DNA of 64,000 bases, from the NCBI GenBank assembly GCA_964291405.2, contig OZ219926.1:1088001-1152000 (forward strand), in the 5' to 3' direction. Both the position numbers and the translations under genes were made by a program. This document shows, in pieces, positions 20,363 through 30,689 of this stretch. Position 1 is the first letter of the stretch, and each line of letters begins with the position of its first letter. The notes beneath the pieces are model-generated. The model was not told the DNA's origin, did not search any database, and saw only the letters and a program-made list of their open reading frames with translations. This stretch comes from Thermodesulfobacteriota bacterium. Lineage in GTDB: Bacteria > Desulfobacterota > Binatia > Bin18.

Positions 20363-22273
20363 TTATTCTCCATTCACGGAGAACGCGATCAAGGCGTTGC
20401 CACCTATGCCACCAGAAAAGCCGTAGCCCGAATGGACGTAGACCATACCATCGACAATGGTCGGGCCCGGGCCGTCAAATGAGCCGCCGCGGGTCTTCAC
20501 ACCGTTGGTGCTCTCATACTCCTGGTCGGCGTTGTACTCCCACACCACCTCTCCGCTGTCGGTCGCATACGCACGTAAATGGCTATCCACGGAACCGGAG
20601 AAAACCACCCCGGGCAGCGCGGACACCGCGGCCGACTGGGCCGGACTGCACTTGGTTCGCTCCCCGCAGCCTGGCGGTGGGACGTGCCATTTCCGCTCGC
20701 CGGTTTCGATATCAAGGGCGAACATGCCGCCGCCCACACTGCTGTCGAGCCTGGTATCAAAGCCGATATCGGAATCCCTGACAGTCCTCAGCCCGATATC
20801 GGACAGGGCCACATAGACCTGTTTGGCATCTGCGGCCGACCCCCATTGAATCCCACCGACCAGGCCGCCCTTGCCGACCCGCTCCTGCCAGAGAATTTCT
20901 CCGTCCCGGTCCGGGTCGATGGCGTGCATCACCCCGGACTTTTGTCCGGCCAGGATGATACGCCGCCCGTCGGGCAGAATGCGCAGGATGGGTGATGAGG
21001 CGAAGTCCAGGTCCGGACCGCGCGCCTCCGGACAGTTGGTATCGTCCTCCAACTCACAACCCGCGTTCCAGGCGTCGTTTGGCGTAAATTGCTTCGACCA
21101 CAAGACGTCGCCGGTACGCAGATCGAGGGCGACCACCGCATCACTCGTCAGCGAGGCCGGATCGGAATAATTGTCACCCGTCGTCACATACATGCGGTTG
21201 CGCTCCGGGTCGAGCGCCGGCGAGGACCAGATCGACGCGCCGGACGGTCCCCAGAGCTGCACGCCGATCGCATTCTTACGGACCGGTACGGCTGGGTCCA
21301 GCATATAGGCCCGCCATACCAGCTTGCCGTTAAAACGGTTGAGCGCCATGATCTTGCCGCGGAACGTACAGCACTCGTAGGTCGGGTCGGCGCCGGCTAT
21401 TTCCTCCAGGGCGGTGGTGGACACGTAGAGCCGGTTGCCGTGCGTTTTCGGCGTGCCGGTAATCGTCGACAAAGGATGGTCATCCACATCCACTTTCCAG
21501 AGTTCTTTGCCCGTGCGGGCATCCAGCGCATACATGTTCGCCGCCGCGTCCCCCACATAGACAACAGAGCGCGGCGGGGTGGTGCCCGGCAGGGTATCGA
21601 CCACCATGGTCGAGCGTACCCCACCGTCCGTTTTCACCGACCAGTACAAGCACCCGGTTTTGGCATCGAGCGAATAAATACGGCCCTGGAGCGAGCCGAT
21701 AAACACCCGCCCGCCAACCACGGTCGGCTGGGAGACCCGAAAATCCATGGGCAATCCAAACACCCATTTGACCTTGAGATTGGACACCTGGTCGGCCGGG
21801 ATGCCAGCCTGCTCAGCCGACTGGAAGCGGCTATTGGTGTGATCAACTCCCCAGCCGTTCCACTGCGGAGCGCCGTCTTCAATGGAGAACTCGCCTGGAG
21901 CGTCCGCACAAAACCCGGCAACCGTATCGTCCGTATCCTTGATCTTCTTGCCGGTGATCCATTCAGACAGGGCGCGGCGCTCGGCAATGGTCCGCATCCA
22001 GCCCTGCATACGCATCTTGCCCACGCTCAGCGAATGCAGCACCATCTCGGCGGGCAGGCGTGACATGACCTCACGGATCGGGGCCCGTTTCACCTGACCT
22101 TCATGACACTGGGCGCAGTAGGTGTTGTAGAGTTGCTCCGCATCGGGCGTCTGGTGGGCGTCGGCCTCCATTGCCCAACTCGCCGGGACACTCCACTGGA
22201 GCACGGCAAAGCACAGCGCTCCGCTCAGCCACGTTATCAGGTTTTTGCGCCCTACCCTGTCCGTCGTACCCAT
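20363..22273 (-). CDS. Quinohemoprotein dehydrogenase, PVA-dehydrogenase-like (copy 4)
   Basis: CAQCH, ECCTFRG, PQQ repeats, signal peptide. Confidence 0.88.
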   Translation of the reverse strand: MGTTDRVGRKNLITWLSGALCFAVLQWSVPASWAMEADAHQTPDAEQLYNTYCAQCHEGQVKRAPIREVMSRLPAEMVLHSLSVGKMRMQGWMRTIAERRALSEWITGKKIKDTDDTVAGFCADAPGEFSIEDGAPQWNGWGVDHTNSRFQSAEQAGIPADQVSNLKVKWVFGLPMDFRVSQPTVVGGRVFIGSLQGRIYSLDAKTGCLYWSVKTDGGVRSTMVVDTLPGTTPPRSVVYVGDAAANMYALDARTGKELWKVDVDDHPLSTITGTPKTHGNRLYVSTTALEEIAGADPTYECCTFRGKIMALNRFNGKLVWRAYMLDPAVPVRKNAIGVQLWGPSGASIWSSPALDPERNRMYVTTGDNYSDPASLTSDAVVALDLRTGDVLWSKQFTPNDAWNAGCELEDDTNCPEARGPDLDFASSPILRILPDGRRIILAGQKSGVMHAIDPDRDGEILWQERVGKGGLVGGIQWGSAADAKQVYVALSDIGLRTVRDSDIGFDTRLDSSVGGGMFALDIETGERKWHVPPPGCGERTKCSPAQSAAVSALPGVVFSGSVDSHLRAYATDSGEVVWEYNADQEYESTNGVKTRGGSFDGPGPTIVDGMVYVHSGYGFSGGIGGNALIAFSVNGE

Positions 22274-22307
22274 AACACTCCCCCTTTTGTGTGTTGTAAG
22301 AGCATGC

Positions 22308-24233
22308 CTATTCGTTATCGACCGAAAAGGCCAATAGCGCGTTGCCCGGCATGCCGCCCCAATAGCCGTAGCCGGAATTCACATACAGCATGCCGTTGAC
22401 AATCGTCGGGCCAGGTCCGTCGAACGAGCCCCCTCGGGTCTGGACTCCATTCGTGCTTTCGTATTCCTGGTCGGCATTATACTCCCAGACCACGGCGCCG
22501 TCGGCGGTTGAGTAGGCGCGCAAATGGCCATCAACAGAGCCAGAGAAAACCACGCCGGGGATCACGGATATGGCCGCGGACTGCGCCGGGCTGCACTGCG
22601 CGCGCCCATTACAGCCTGGGGGCGGGGTATACCATTTGCGCTCACCCGTCTCGACGTCATAGGCAAACATCCCGCCGCCGACACTCCCGTTGAGGCTGGT
22701 CGTCCAGCCCAGGTCTTTATCTTTGTGGGTCTCAATCCCGATATCGGACAAGGCCACATAGATGGTCTGGGCATCGGCCGCCGGTCCCCACTGGATGCCC
22801 CCGATCAGGCCACCCTTGCCCAACCGCTGCTGCCAGAGAATTTCGCCATCCCGGTCCGGGTCTACGGCGTGGAGGACGCCGGATTTCTGTCCGGCCAGGA
22901 GTACGCGCTTGCCGCTAGGCAGCGTGACCAGAATCGCCGACGAGCCAAAGTCCAGGTCCGGCCCTCTGGCCTCGGGACAGTTCGAGTCGTCATCCGTCTC
23001 ACAGCCGATATTCCAGGCGTCGTTCGGCGTGAACTGTTGCGACCAGAGGAATTCGCCCGTCCTCAAATCAAAGGCCACGATGGCATCGCTGGTGAGCGAA
23101 GCGGGGTCGGAATAGTTATCGCCAGTCGTGACATACAGCCGGCCGCGTTCCAGATCGAGGGTGGGGGAAGACCAGACCGAGGCTCCCGAGGGGCCCCACA
23201 ACTGGGTGCCCTTTCTGTTTTTCCGGACTGGTACGGCCGGCTCCGGAATCGTATAGGTCTTCCAAACCATCTTGCCGTTAATCGGGTTCATGGCCACCAG
23301 CGTTCCCCGAAAGGTACAGCATTCATAGTCGGCATCCGCGCCGGCCGCCTCTTCCAGAGCCGTCAGGGGCACGTAGAGCCGATTCCCGTGCAGCTTGGGC
23401 GTTCCGGTGATGCGTGCCATGGGATGATCGTCAATCTTGCTGCGCCATAACTCCGTGCCCGTTCGGGCGTCCAGGGCATAGACCGTGGCTTCGGAATCCC
23501 CGAAATAGACCACATAGCGGGCCGGATCGGTCCCCGGCAGTTTCCCGACGACCAGGGTCGAACGAACACCGGCTCTGGGTTTCATCGACCAGTACAGGCA
23601 GCCGGTCTTGGCATCGAGTGAATACACCCGGCCTTTCATGGTGCCGACAAAGACCCGGTTGCCGACCACGGTCGGCTGGGAGGTTTGGTAGTCCATCGGC
23701 AAGCCAAACACCCATTTGACTTTCAGCTTGGAGACCTGCTCCGCGCTGACCCCGGCCTGTTCCGCGGGCTGAAAACGGCTGTTGACGACATCCACACCCC
23801 AGCCGTTCCACTGCGGAGCACCGTCTTCGACCATGAATTCGCCTGGGGCGTCGGCGCAAAAACCCGCCACCGTCTCATCGGTGGCCGCTTCCGGTTTAAG
23901 CTTCTTGCTGGTGACCCACTCGGAGATGGCGCGACGCTCTTCGTTGGTGCGCAGCACGCCCTGGAATTTCATTTTGCCCAGTTCCAGCGAGTGCAGCACA
24001 AATTCGGCCGGCAGGCGGCGCATAATGTCAAGCTGTGCCGCACGGGTCGATTGCCCGGCGTGGCATTTCGCGCAGTGCTGCTCATACAACGCCTGCCCAT
24101 CGGGCTTCTGCTCCGCCGGGGCAACGGCCCAGCTTGGAGAGCAGAGCAAACCGGTGAGCGCTACGGCCAAGCCGGCTGCCCAACGGATGTGCCACCGGTG
24201 CGTGCGGGCCGAGTTCCAGTACTGTGTCATCAT
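22308..24233 (-). CDS. Quinohemoprotein dehydrogenase, PVA-dehydrogenase-like (copy 5, most divergent)
   Basis: CAKCH, ECCTFRG, PQQ repeats, signal peptide. Confidence 0.88.
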   Translation of the reverse strand: MMTQYWNSARTHRWHIRWAAGLAVALTGLLCSPSWAVAPAEQKPDGQALYEQHCAKCHAGQSTRAAQLDIMRRLPAEFVLHSLELGKMKFQGVLRTNEERRAISEWVTSKKLKPEAATDETVAGFCADAPGEFMVEDGAPQWNGWGVDVVNSRFQPAEQAGVSAEQVSKLKVKWVFGLPMDYQTSQPTVVGNRVFVGTMKGRVYSLDAKTGCLYWSMKPRAGVRSTLVVGKLPGTDPARYVVYFGDSEATVYALDARTGTELWRSKIDDHPMARITGTPKLHGNRLYVPLTALEEAAGADADYECCTFRGTLVAMNPINGKMVWKTYTIPEPAVPVRKNRKGTQLWGPSGASVWSSPTLDLERGRLYVTTGDNYSDPASLTSDAIVAFDLRTGEFLWSQQFTPNDAWNIGCETDDDSNCPEARGPDLDFGSSAILVTLPSGKRVLLAGQKSGVLHAVDPDRDGEILWQQRLGKGGLIGGIQWGPAADAQTIYVALSDIGIETHKDKDLGWTTSLNGSVGGGMFAYDVETGERKWYTPPPGCNGRAQCSPAQSAAISVIPGVVFSGSVDGHLRAYSTADGAVVWEYNADQEYESTNGVQTRGGSFDGPGPTIVNGMLYVNSGYGYWGGMPGNALLAFSVDNE

Positions 24234-24347
24234 CCCCTCCTTATGCTGAACAGGTCGGCGACCGCCTTCGCCGCTCTCTCCTATTTACCGCGCATTTGGT
24301 CGTTCTGCTAGCGGAGCGCTGGTAGGTCGGAGGGGAGGAGAAGAGGC

Positions 24348-24728
24348 TTATGATTTATGCAGGCGATGCTCCCAGTCATACTCGCGATTCGTCACCACAT
24401 CTTCCATCCGTTGGATGCGACGGTCGAGATGATCAAAGGTGTGTTTCAAACGGTGGAGCGCCAGCCCGCGCGAGTTGACGTAGGCATCATAGAACTCGCG
24501 TTCGCCTGTACTTGCGAACGGCACGACAGGCTCCGGCTTCATCACCACCGCGGCCAGCAGGTATAGGCCGCCCACAGGCCAAAAACCGGAGAAGAGAAAA
24601 AACAGGACGGTCAGCATACGTGTCCAAAAAAGTGAAATATCGAGATAGTCGGCGATCCCTTTACATACACCGAGCAGCATCCCGTCGCGTGATCGGTATA
24701 AGCCCGTCGGGCGTTCGGCTGTTGTCAT
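24348..24728 (-). CDS. pspC: Phage shock protein C
   Basis: LYRSRDGMLLGVCKGIADY...RRIQRMEDVVT. Confidence 0.92.
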   Translation of the reverse strand: MTTAERPTGLYRSRDGMLLGVCKGIADYLDISLFWTRMLTVLFFLFSGFWPVGGLYLLAAVVMKPEPVVPFASTGEREFYDAYVNSRGLALHRLKHTFDHLDRRIQRMEDVVTNREYDWEHRLHKS

Positions 24729-24988
24729 GGTTTTCCTTCTCCTTTTCTCTCCTGGTCAAGCAGAAGCGTTTCCAAAGCCTCCACACGGGCCTCCATCTTC
24801 GATAAGCCCTGATAGAGTTCCTGAATCATCTGGGCTTCATCCGCCTGCGCCAGATGGCCCTGTTTGGGCGTACTTTTTCTCCAGATGAGCCACACGGTCA
24901 GCGCCAGCCCTCCAACTACCGCAACAAAGACCGAGCCGAAGAACAAAAGGACGGCAAGCAGCCCAACGTCTATCATTTGTGCCTCCAT
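24725..24988 (-). CDS. pspB: Phage shock protein B
   Basis: TM segment followed by KMEARVEALETLL; lies between pspA and pspC. Confidence 0.85.
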   Translation of the reverse strand: MEAQMIDVGLLAVLLFFGSVFVAVVGGLALTVWLIWRKSTPKQGHLAQADEAQMIQELYQGLSKMEARVEALETLLLDQERKGEGKP

Positions 24989-25030
24989 GTTTCAGACCCA
25001 CTCTCCCTCAGCTTCCTTCGAGGCAACCAG

Positions 25031-25720
25031 TTAGTCCTGAGGCAAAGCCGTGGTCTTTTGCTCAACCGTGGCTTTGAGCTTGGCTAACTCTTTTTCGATC
25101 TCCTCATCGCCTTCCAGTCGGGCAAACTCTTCCGCGAGTTGATGCTCAGCACTGGGACCGGGGTTCACCAGGTCGGCTTCCGCTTCCATACGTTCAATCC
25201 GATTTTCGAATTGTTCAAATCGGACAAACGCCTCCGAGCTATCGAGGCGGCGCATATCCTCCTGGGCGCGTTTCCGCTTTTGGGCATGGATATGGCGCTG
25301 GATGAGCAGGCGCTGCTTTTCGCGGACGGTCCCGAGTTTATTTTCCAACTGGGTAATATCTTCCTGATACTGACGAATCAGGGCATCACACTCGGTGCGT
25401 TCTTTTTGCAGCGCGGCGCTGCGTTCGGTGTAGCCACGCCTCTGTATGAGGGCCTCGCGTGCCAAGTCTTCGCGCCCTTTGTCTACTGCAAGCTGGGCCT
25501 TTTCGCCCCACTGGCCGGCTCGTGTTTCGACGGTTTGACAGTCACGCTCGATTTTCTTTTTTGCGGCCATGGCACCAGCACAGGAGGCTTTAATCTCAAC
25601 CAGCGTATCCTCCATTTCCTTGATCATGAGCCGAATGAGCTTCTCCGGGTCTTCCGCTTTATCAAGCATGGCGTTGAGGTTGGCGCTGATAATGTCACGG
25701 ACTCGGGTGAAAATTCCCAT
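25031..25720 (-). CDS. pspA: Phage shock protein A
   Basis: MGIFTRVRDIISANLNAMLDKAEDPEKLIRLMIKEMEDTLVE, coiled coil. Confidence 0.95.
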   Translation of the reverse strand: MGIFTRVRDIISANLNAMLDKAEDPEKLIRLMIKEMEDTLVEIKASCAGAMAAKKKIERDCQTVETRAGQWGEKAQLAVDKGREDLAREALIQRRGYTERSAALQKERTECDALIRQYQEDITQLENKLGTVREKQRLLIQRHIHAQKRKRAQEDMRRLDSSEAFVRFEQFENRIERMEAEADLVNPGPSAEHQLAEEFARLEGDEEIEKELAKLKATVEQKTTALPQD

Positions 25721-25757
25721 GATGCTTCTCCTTTGCCGTCAATACACTCTGGGGTGG

Positions 25758-25774
25758 TGCATCTTGCGTGCCAA
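25758..25774 (-). promoter_or_regulatory. Sigma-54 (-24/-12) promoter of pspABC
   Basis: TTGGCACGCAAGATGCA on the minus strand (GG-N10-GC), next to the divergent pspF. Confidence 0.85.
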
Positions 25775-25866
25775 CTCAGAAAGCCTTTTCTTTTCAGGTG
25801 CTTATAAAAAACAAAGGAAATAGAGTTGATTTGTTTTCGCTCTAAATATGCGATATACGCTTATAT

Positions 25867-26988
25867 ATGGCAAAAAAAACCACTGCCATGGCTCCTCATA
25901 CTTCTTCCGGCCCGCAAGAAGCGCTTGGCCAGTCAGAAGCATTCCTGGCATTTCAGGAGCGTCTATCCCGTGTGGCTCGGGTCAACCGGCCGGTTCTCTT
26001 GATAGGGGAGCGCGGAACGGGTAAAGAACTCGCCGCCGCTCGGCTGCATTACCTGTCTGAGCGCTGGCAAGGGCCCCTTGTCACTCTCCACTGCGCGGCC
26101 CTCTCACCCAGCCTGATCGAAGCCGAATTATTCGGCCATGAAGCCGGGGCTTTTACCGGAGCAACCCGACAGCGCCTCGGCCGTTTTGAGACGGCTCACA
26201 ACGGCAGCCTCTTTCTTGACGAAATTGGACAGGTTCCACTCGAAACCCAGGAGAAAATTCTGCGGGTCGTCGAGTATGGCAGCTTTGAACGGGTCGGCAG
26301 TTCGCAGCCCGTTGAGAGCGATGTGCGGATTATTGGCGCAACTAATGCAAACCTCAAGGCACTCGCCGCACACGGGCGGTTCAGAGCCGATTTGCTCGAC
26401 CGGTTGTCTTTTGAGGTGCTGTTTCTCCCCCCCCTACGCGAGCGTCCCGAGGATATTGTGCTCCTCACCAACCACTTTGCTGCGCGTATGGCCTTTGAGT
26501 TGGAACGGGAGGATGTTCCGCAGTTCAGCGCCGCGGCGCGTACCGTTCTGGATAATTATCCCTGGCCGGGCAATGTCAGGGAATTGAAAAATGTGGTTGA
26601 GCGCGCGGTCTATCGGGCGGATACGGGGTTGATTCGTGAGACCGATATCGTCCTCGACCCGTTTCAGGCTCCGTTTCAGCCTGCTGCCCAGGCGTCAGAG
26701 GAACGAGAGGAGGAACCAGCTGTCTTCCCTCGAGCGGTACCCGCGGATGAGAGCGCTTCTCCCACATCCTTTACCCAAGCGGTACAGGAGTTCGAGTGCC
26801 GGCTGCTGGTAAACGGGCTGCGTGCGACGCGATATAATCAGAAAAGGACCGCCGAGCGACTCGGCCTCACCTATCATCAGTTTCGCGGCCTATACCGGAA
26901 ATACGCGGAACACTTACAGCGCCAGGAGGACGAGGAGCGGCCGGGCGTTCCGACAACGGTTCCGCTCCGCGGAGGCCGGTCAGAGTAA
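25867..26988 (+). CDS. pspF: PspF sigma-54 enhancer-binding activator
   Basis: GERGTGKE, GAFTGA, WPGNVREL motifs and the PspF HTH (LGLTYHQFRGL). Confidence 0.93.
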   Translation: MAKKTTAMAPHTSSGPQEALGQSEAFLAFQERLSRVARVNRPVLLIGERGTGKELAAARLHYLSERWQGPLVTLHCAALSPSLIEAELFGHEAGAFTGATRQRLGRFETAHNGSLFLDEIGQVPLETQEKILRVVEYGSFERVGSSQPVESDVRIIGATNANLKALAAHGRFRADLLDRLSFEVLFLPPLRERPEDIVLLTNHFAARMAFELEREDVPQFSAAARTVLDNYPWPGNVRELKNVVERAVYRADTGLIRETDIVLDPFQAPFQPAAQASEEREEEPAVFPRAVPADESASPTSFTQAVQEFECRLLVNGLRATRYNQKRTAERLGLTYHQFRGLYRKYAEHLQRQEDEERPGVPTTVPLRGGRSE

Positions 26989-26994
26989 ACCGCC

Positions 26995-27453
26995 CTAGGC
27001 GTAGAAGCGATACACACCCTCGGCCACACAAGCCGGCTTACTGCTGTCTTCCACCTCAAACGTCAGACCGACCGAGACTTGCAGGCCGCCGGTCACATCT
27101 TCCACATTGTTCAACGCGGCCCGCGCCCGCACCTTTTTCCCGACCGGGACAGGCGACGGAAAGCGGAGTTTATTCAGCCCGTAGTTCACGCCCATTTTAA
27201 TGCCCTGCACCGCCCAGATCTGATCCATGAAATACGGCGCCAACGAAAGGGTATAATATCCGTGGGCCACCGGACCGCCAAAGGGCGACTCTTTTTTGGC
27301 ACGCTCGACGTCAAGGTGAATCCACTGATGGTCATGGGTACACTGGGCGAAAGCGTTAATTTCTTCCTGGGTGACCAGATGCCAATCCGAGACGCCGAGT
27401 TCCTCACCAACCAGAGATTTGACGTCGTTATAGTCTACTTTTCGGGCTGCCAT
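26995..27453 (-). CDS. MaoC-family dehydratase
   Basis: FAQCTHDHQWIHLD...SPFGGPVAHGYYTLS, VNYGLNKLRFPSPV. Confidence 0.9.
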   Translation of the reverse strand: MAARKVDYNDVKSLVGEELGVSDWHLVTQEEINAFAQCTHDHQWIHLDVERAKKESPFGGPVAHGYYTLSLAPYFMDQIWAVQGIKMGVNYGLNKLRFPSPVPVGKKVRARAALNNVEDVTGGLQVSVGLTFEVEDSSKPACVAEGVYRFYA

Positions 27454-27558
27454 ACTTGGACTCCTTTCTGTACGAAACCGGATGCGAAATCGTGTTCTTT
27501 CCCTATTGGCTTGGATGTCGTGTTGTCAAGGGGAATGCCGGCCTATAGGCTTTCCGCA

Positions 27559-27762
27559 ATGACACAAGACGCACCCCCGCCCCCAGAGGCCGGCCTGTGC
27601 GCCTCCTGCCTACATACCCGTGAGATTGTGAGTGGCAAGGGCTCCCGCTTCTACTATTGCGGACGATCTGAAACGGACGCACAGTATCCCAAGTATCCGC
27701 GCCTGCCGGTTCATGAGTGCCCCGGCTATCAAGCCTCTCCGACCCAAGAAGTAGAGCCCTAA
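27559..27762 (+). CDS. Small Cys-rich putative metal-binding protein
   Basis: GLCASCLH...GSRFYYC...YPKYPRLPVHECPGY; four cysteines. Confidence 0.6.
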   Translation: MTQDAPPPPEAGLCASCLHTREIVSGKGSRFYYCGRSETDAQYPKYPRLPVHECPGYQASPTQEVEP

Positions 27763-27787
27763 AAGAGAATTACGGTACTATCGCAGG

Positions 27788-28946
27788 CTAGCGATGGAGC
27801 AGCATCGCGGTCGTGGGCACCCCGTTGCCTGAGGAGACAAAGGCCACCTCGGCATCCGGGACCTGGTTAATGGCCTGGCTGCGTAATTGACGCACGGCTT
27901 CAACGACATTTTCCATGCCGTGAATATAGCCCTCGGATAGGTTACCGCCACTCGTGTTGAGCGGCAGCGAGCCATGCGGCCACAACAGCTTGCCGTCAGA
28001 GACAAAGTCTCCCCCTTCGCCGCGTTTGCAGAAGCCAAGCTCCTCAATCGCCATGAGGACCAGCGGGGTGAAATGGTCGTATACAAAACACACATCCACG
28101 TCGCCGTGCGAAATCCCGGCCCGGGCAAACAGGGCTTTGCCAGTCACCGTGGATTCCGTTTCGGCTTTCTCAACGTTCTTCACCACACGCTGGGCATTCC
28201 ACTCACCCGCCCCAAAGGCCCCACCCATAATATAGGCCGGTTTGTGCGGACAATTTTTTGCCCGGTCAACCGAGGTAATCACCACCGCGGCCCCGCCGTC
28301 GGTTTCCAGACAGCAGTCCAACAAATGGAGTGGGTCGGCGATGATACGCGAGCTTTGATGGTCTTCAATGGTGATAGGCCGACCCCGCATAACCGCGTTG
28401 GGGTTGGTCTGGGCGTGCGTCCGACAGGCAACTGAGATGGCGCCAAAGTCCGCACTCTTGGTCCCGTATAAATGCATATGCCGGCGCGCCGCCAGGGCCA
28501 CCATCTGGGCCGGGCTGAAGAGCCCGTAGGGTTCGAGGTAGGCACCCACACCGGATGCACCCTTACGAACTGCGGCGCGTCCGAAGCGTGGCGTCCCGCG
28601 GCCCGAGCGTTCGTTCATGGCCCGGAAGGCGACCACGTAATTGGCCATGCCGGTAGCCACGGCCATGGCTCCGAGCAGAATCGAGCCGACCGGTCCGCCC
28701 CCACCGCCATAGGGCGCTTCCGCGTAAAAACGCAGTGCCGGGATACCCAGGTTTGCCGCAATATCGATCGGATCGTTATTATCCATGGAGAACTTGGCAA
28801 TACCGTCGATATCGCTCGGCTTGAGTCCGGCGTCGGCAATCGCGTTACGAATGGCTTCAACCGCCAGGCTCATTTCGCTGCGACCTGAATCTTTTGAGTA
28901 TTCGGTGTGACCGATGCCAACGATGGCTGTCTGGTCTCCGTTCCAT
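27788..28946 (-). CDS. SCP-x-type thiolase / lipid-transfer protein (Ltp2-like), apparent frameshift near the start
   Basis: LLDCCLETDGG, YDHFT, NTSGGNLSEGYIHG. The in-frame N-terminus DQTAIVGIGHTEYSKDSGRSE extends upstream of 28873, but the RBS-linked ATG at 28946 is 1 nt out of frame. Confidence 0.8.
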
Positions 28947-29152
28947 ACCGCCCTCCCGGAACCGAATTGAAGCCGGGATTAGAGCACAGGTCGGCCGGAT
29001 TTACCACAGCCGCACCCCGTGAACGGCTCCATTGAATAGTGTAGGATGGAGGCGCTGTTTCCAGCCTTGGGCAACGCACACAAAACGTGGAGAAATAATG
29101 AGTTGGAAGCCGAGGTCGAGACGTCAGTGCCATGTAAACGGAATATGAGGAT

Positions 29153-30396
29153 ATGGTAACGCCAGCGCGCGCTTCAGACGCGATTCGCCATACGCCGGAG
29201 CCGGCGCGAGCCGCAACAGACCGGCGTCGGAATTCGAGCACGACCGCTCCCGGATTATTCACTCGGCCGCGTTTCGGCGCTTGCAGGGCAAGACTCAGGT
29301 TTCGGCATTTACGAGGGCGATTTTTTTCGGACCCGTCTCACCCACTCGCTTGAAGTCGCCCAAATTGCCAAGGGCGTCGCCCTGACTCTGGGAGCCGACC
29401 CGGATTTGGTCGAGGCGATCTGCCTGGCGCACGATTCTGGGCCATCCACCCTTTGGCCATAACGGCGAGCGGACGCTGCATCAACTCATGCGAGCGCATG
29501 GCGGTTTTGAGGGCAACGCGCAGACCCTGCGTATTGTGACCCTTCTTGAACACAAGCATGCCGACTATGCCGGCCTGAATCTGGCCTATCAAACTCTGGA
29601 CGGCATGCTCAAATACAAAACCTGTATCGATGCAACCGCGATAGCCAACGCGCCACAGATTTGGTCAAAGGCTTTTACGCCGAAGACCGCGCCCTCGTCG
29701 AGACCATCATCCGCCAGACCGGCAGCGGGCGGCAGCGCAGCCTTGAGTGCCAGATCATGGACGTGGCGGACGATATCGCCTATTCCCGTGCACGACTTGG
29801 AGGACAGTCTCAAAGCCGGCTTACTCTCCCCGGCCGACCTGCGGCGTCTTCCGCCAGCGCGCGTGGTGCGCGCGGTCAATACAAAGCTGGCGGCTTGGGG
29901 ACGGACCGCCACTGAAAGCACGGTCCACAACGAACTGGCCCAGATTGCTGACCGACTCGAACAGCTTGAACAGCGCTCTCTTCGAGCCGGTAGAAAAATG
30001 CTGACGCGTGATCTCATTCATGAATTTGTCAGTCCGGTGGCCTGCCAATCCCACGGTCTGATTGATACCGATTTTCCCAATCGAGTCCGTATCGAAGCCC
30101 TCAAGGCGTTTGAATCTTATAAGGTCATCAACAATCCGCGCGTGACCACCCTCAGCCATAAGGGCAAGGAAGTCCTCCGGCGACTGTTTGCCGTGCTGGA
30201 CCAGGGCCAGGAATCCATCGGTCTCTTCCCCGAAGACCACGGCGAGCACTATGAGAACGCGCTGCTCAACGGTGACGAGGCCGCCCGTAAGCGGGTCATC
30301 TGCGACTTTCTGGCTGGCATGACCGATTCATACGCCCTACGGTTTTACAGTCGATTGTTCGTTCCGGGTGAGGGCAGCTTTTATGAGATGTTGTGA
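29153..30396 (+). pseudogene. dgt: dGTP triphosphohydrolase (HD family), about five frameshifts
   Basis: Fragments in alternating frames: [24 protein letters not shown] / [15 protein letters not shown]...CLAHD / [10 protein letters not shown]...GFEGNAQTLRI / SLECQIMDVADDIAYS / VHDLED...RVICDFLAGMTD. Confidence 0.85.
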
Positions 30397-30423
30397 TTAA
30401 AGCCGTCCAGGCCAGGTAAAGAG

Positions 30424-30660
30424 ATGGAGTTAGTAAAGACAGTAACAAGTAAAGGACAGGTGACTATCCCGGTTGAAGTGCGAAGACTCTTGGGGATAGC
30501 CCCACACGCGAAGGGCGCGTTTATCGTCGAAGACTCCCAGGTTCGTCTTGCTCCGGCGAGCAGTATTGTAGAACGCACAGCAGGAAGCCTGAGGTCACGG
30601 AAGGCAGTAAGAAGTGCGAGGCAGTTACGACGAGTGGCGGAACAGGTCATTACAGATTGA
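30424..30660 (+). CDS. AbrB/MazE/SpoVT-family DNA-binding protein (orphan antitoxin-like)
   Basis: VTSKGQVTIPVEVRRLLGI motif. Confidence 0.75.
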   Translation: MELVKTVTSKGQVTIPVEVRRLLGIAPHAKGAFIVEDSQVRLAPASSIVERTAGSLRSRKAVRSARQLRRVAEQVITD

Positions 30661-30689
30661 GTTATTGAGCGTAGTTAAGTCGAAAACAT

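Noticed and set aside
14173-24233. Lanthanide dependence inferred from the GPDLDF (DxD) motif
   Set aside because: DxD is diagnostic only within the XoxF/ExaF/PedH clades, and other PQQ enzymes have it too. It cannot be decided without a structural alignment.
24348-26988. psp genes as prophage evidence
   Set aside because: Psp is a host envelope-stress system, and no phage genes are present.
29153-30396. Programmed frameshifting or anti-phage dGTPase
   Set aside because: Five scattered indels without slippery-site structure; housekeeping-like Dgt with no defence context.
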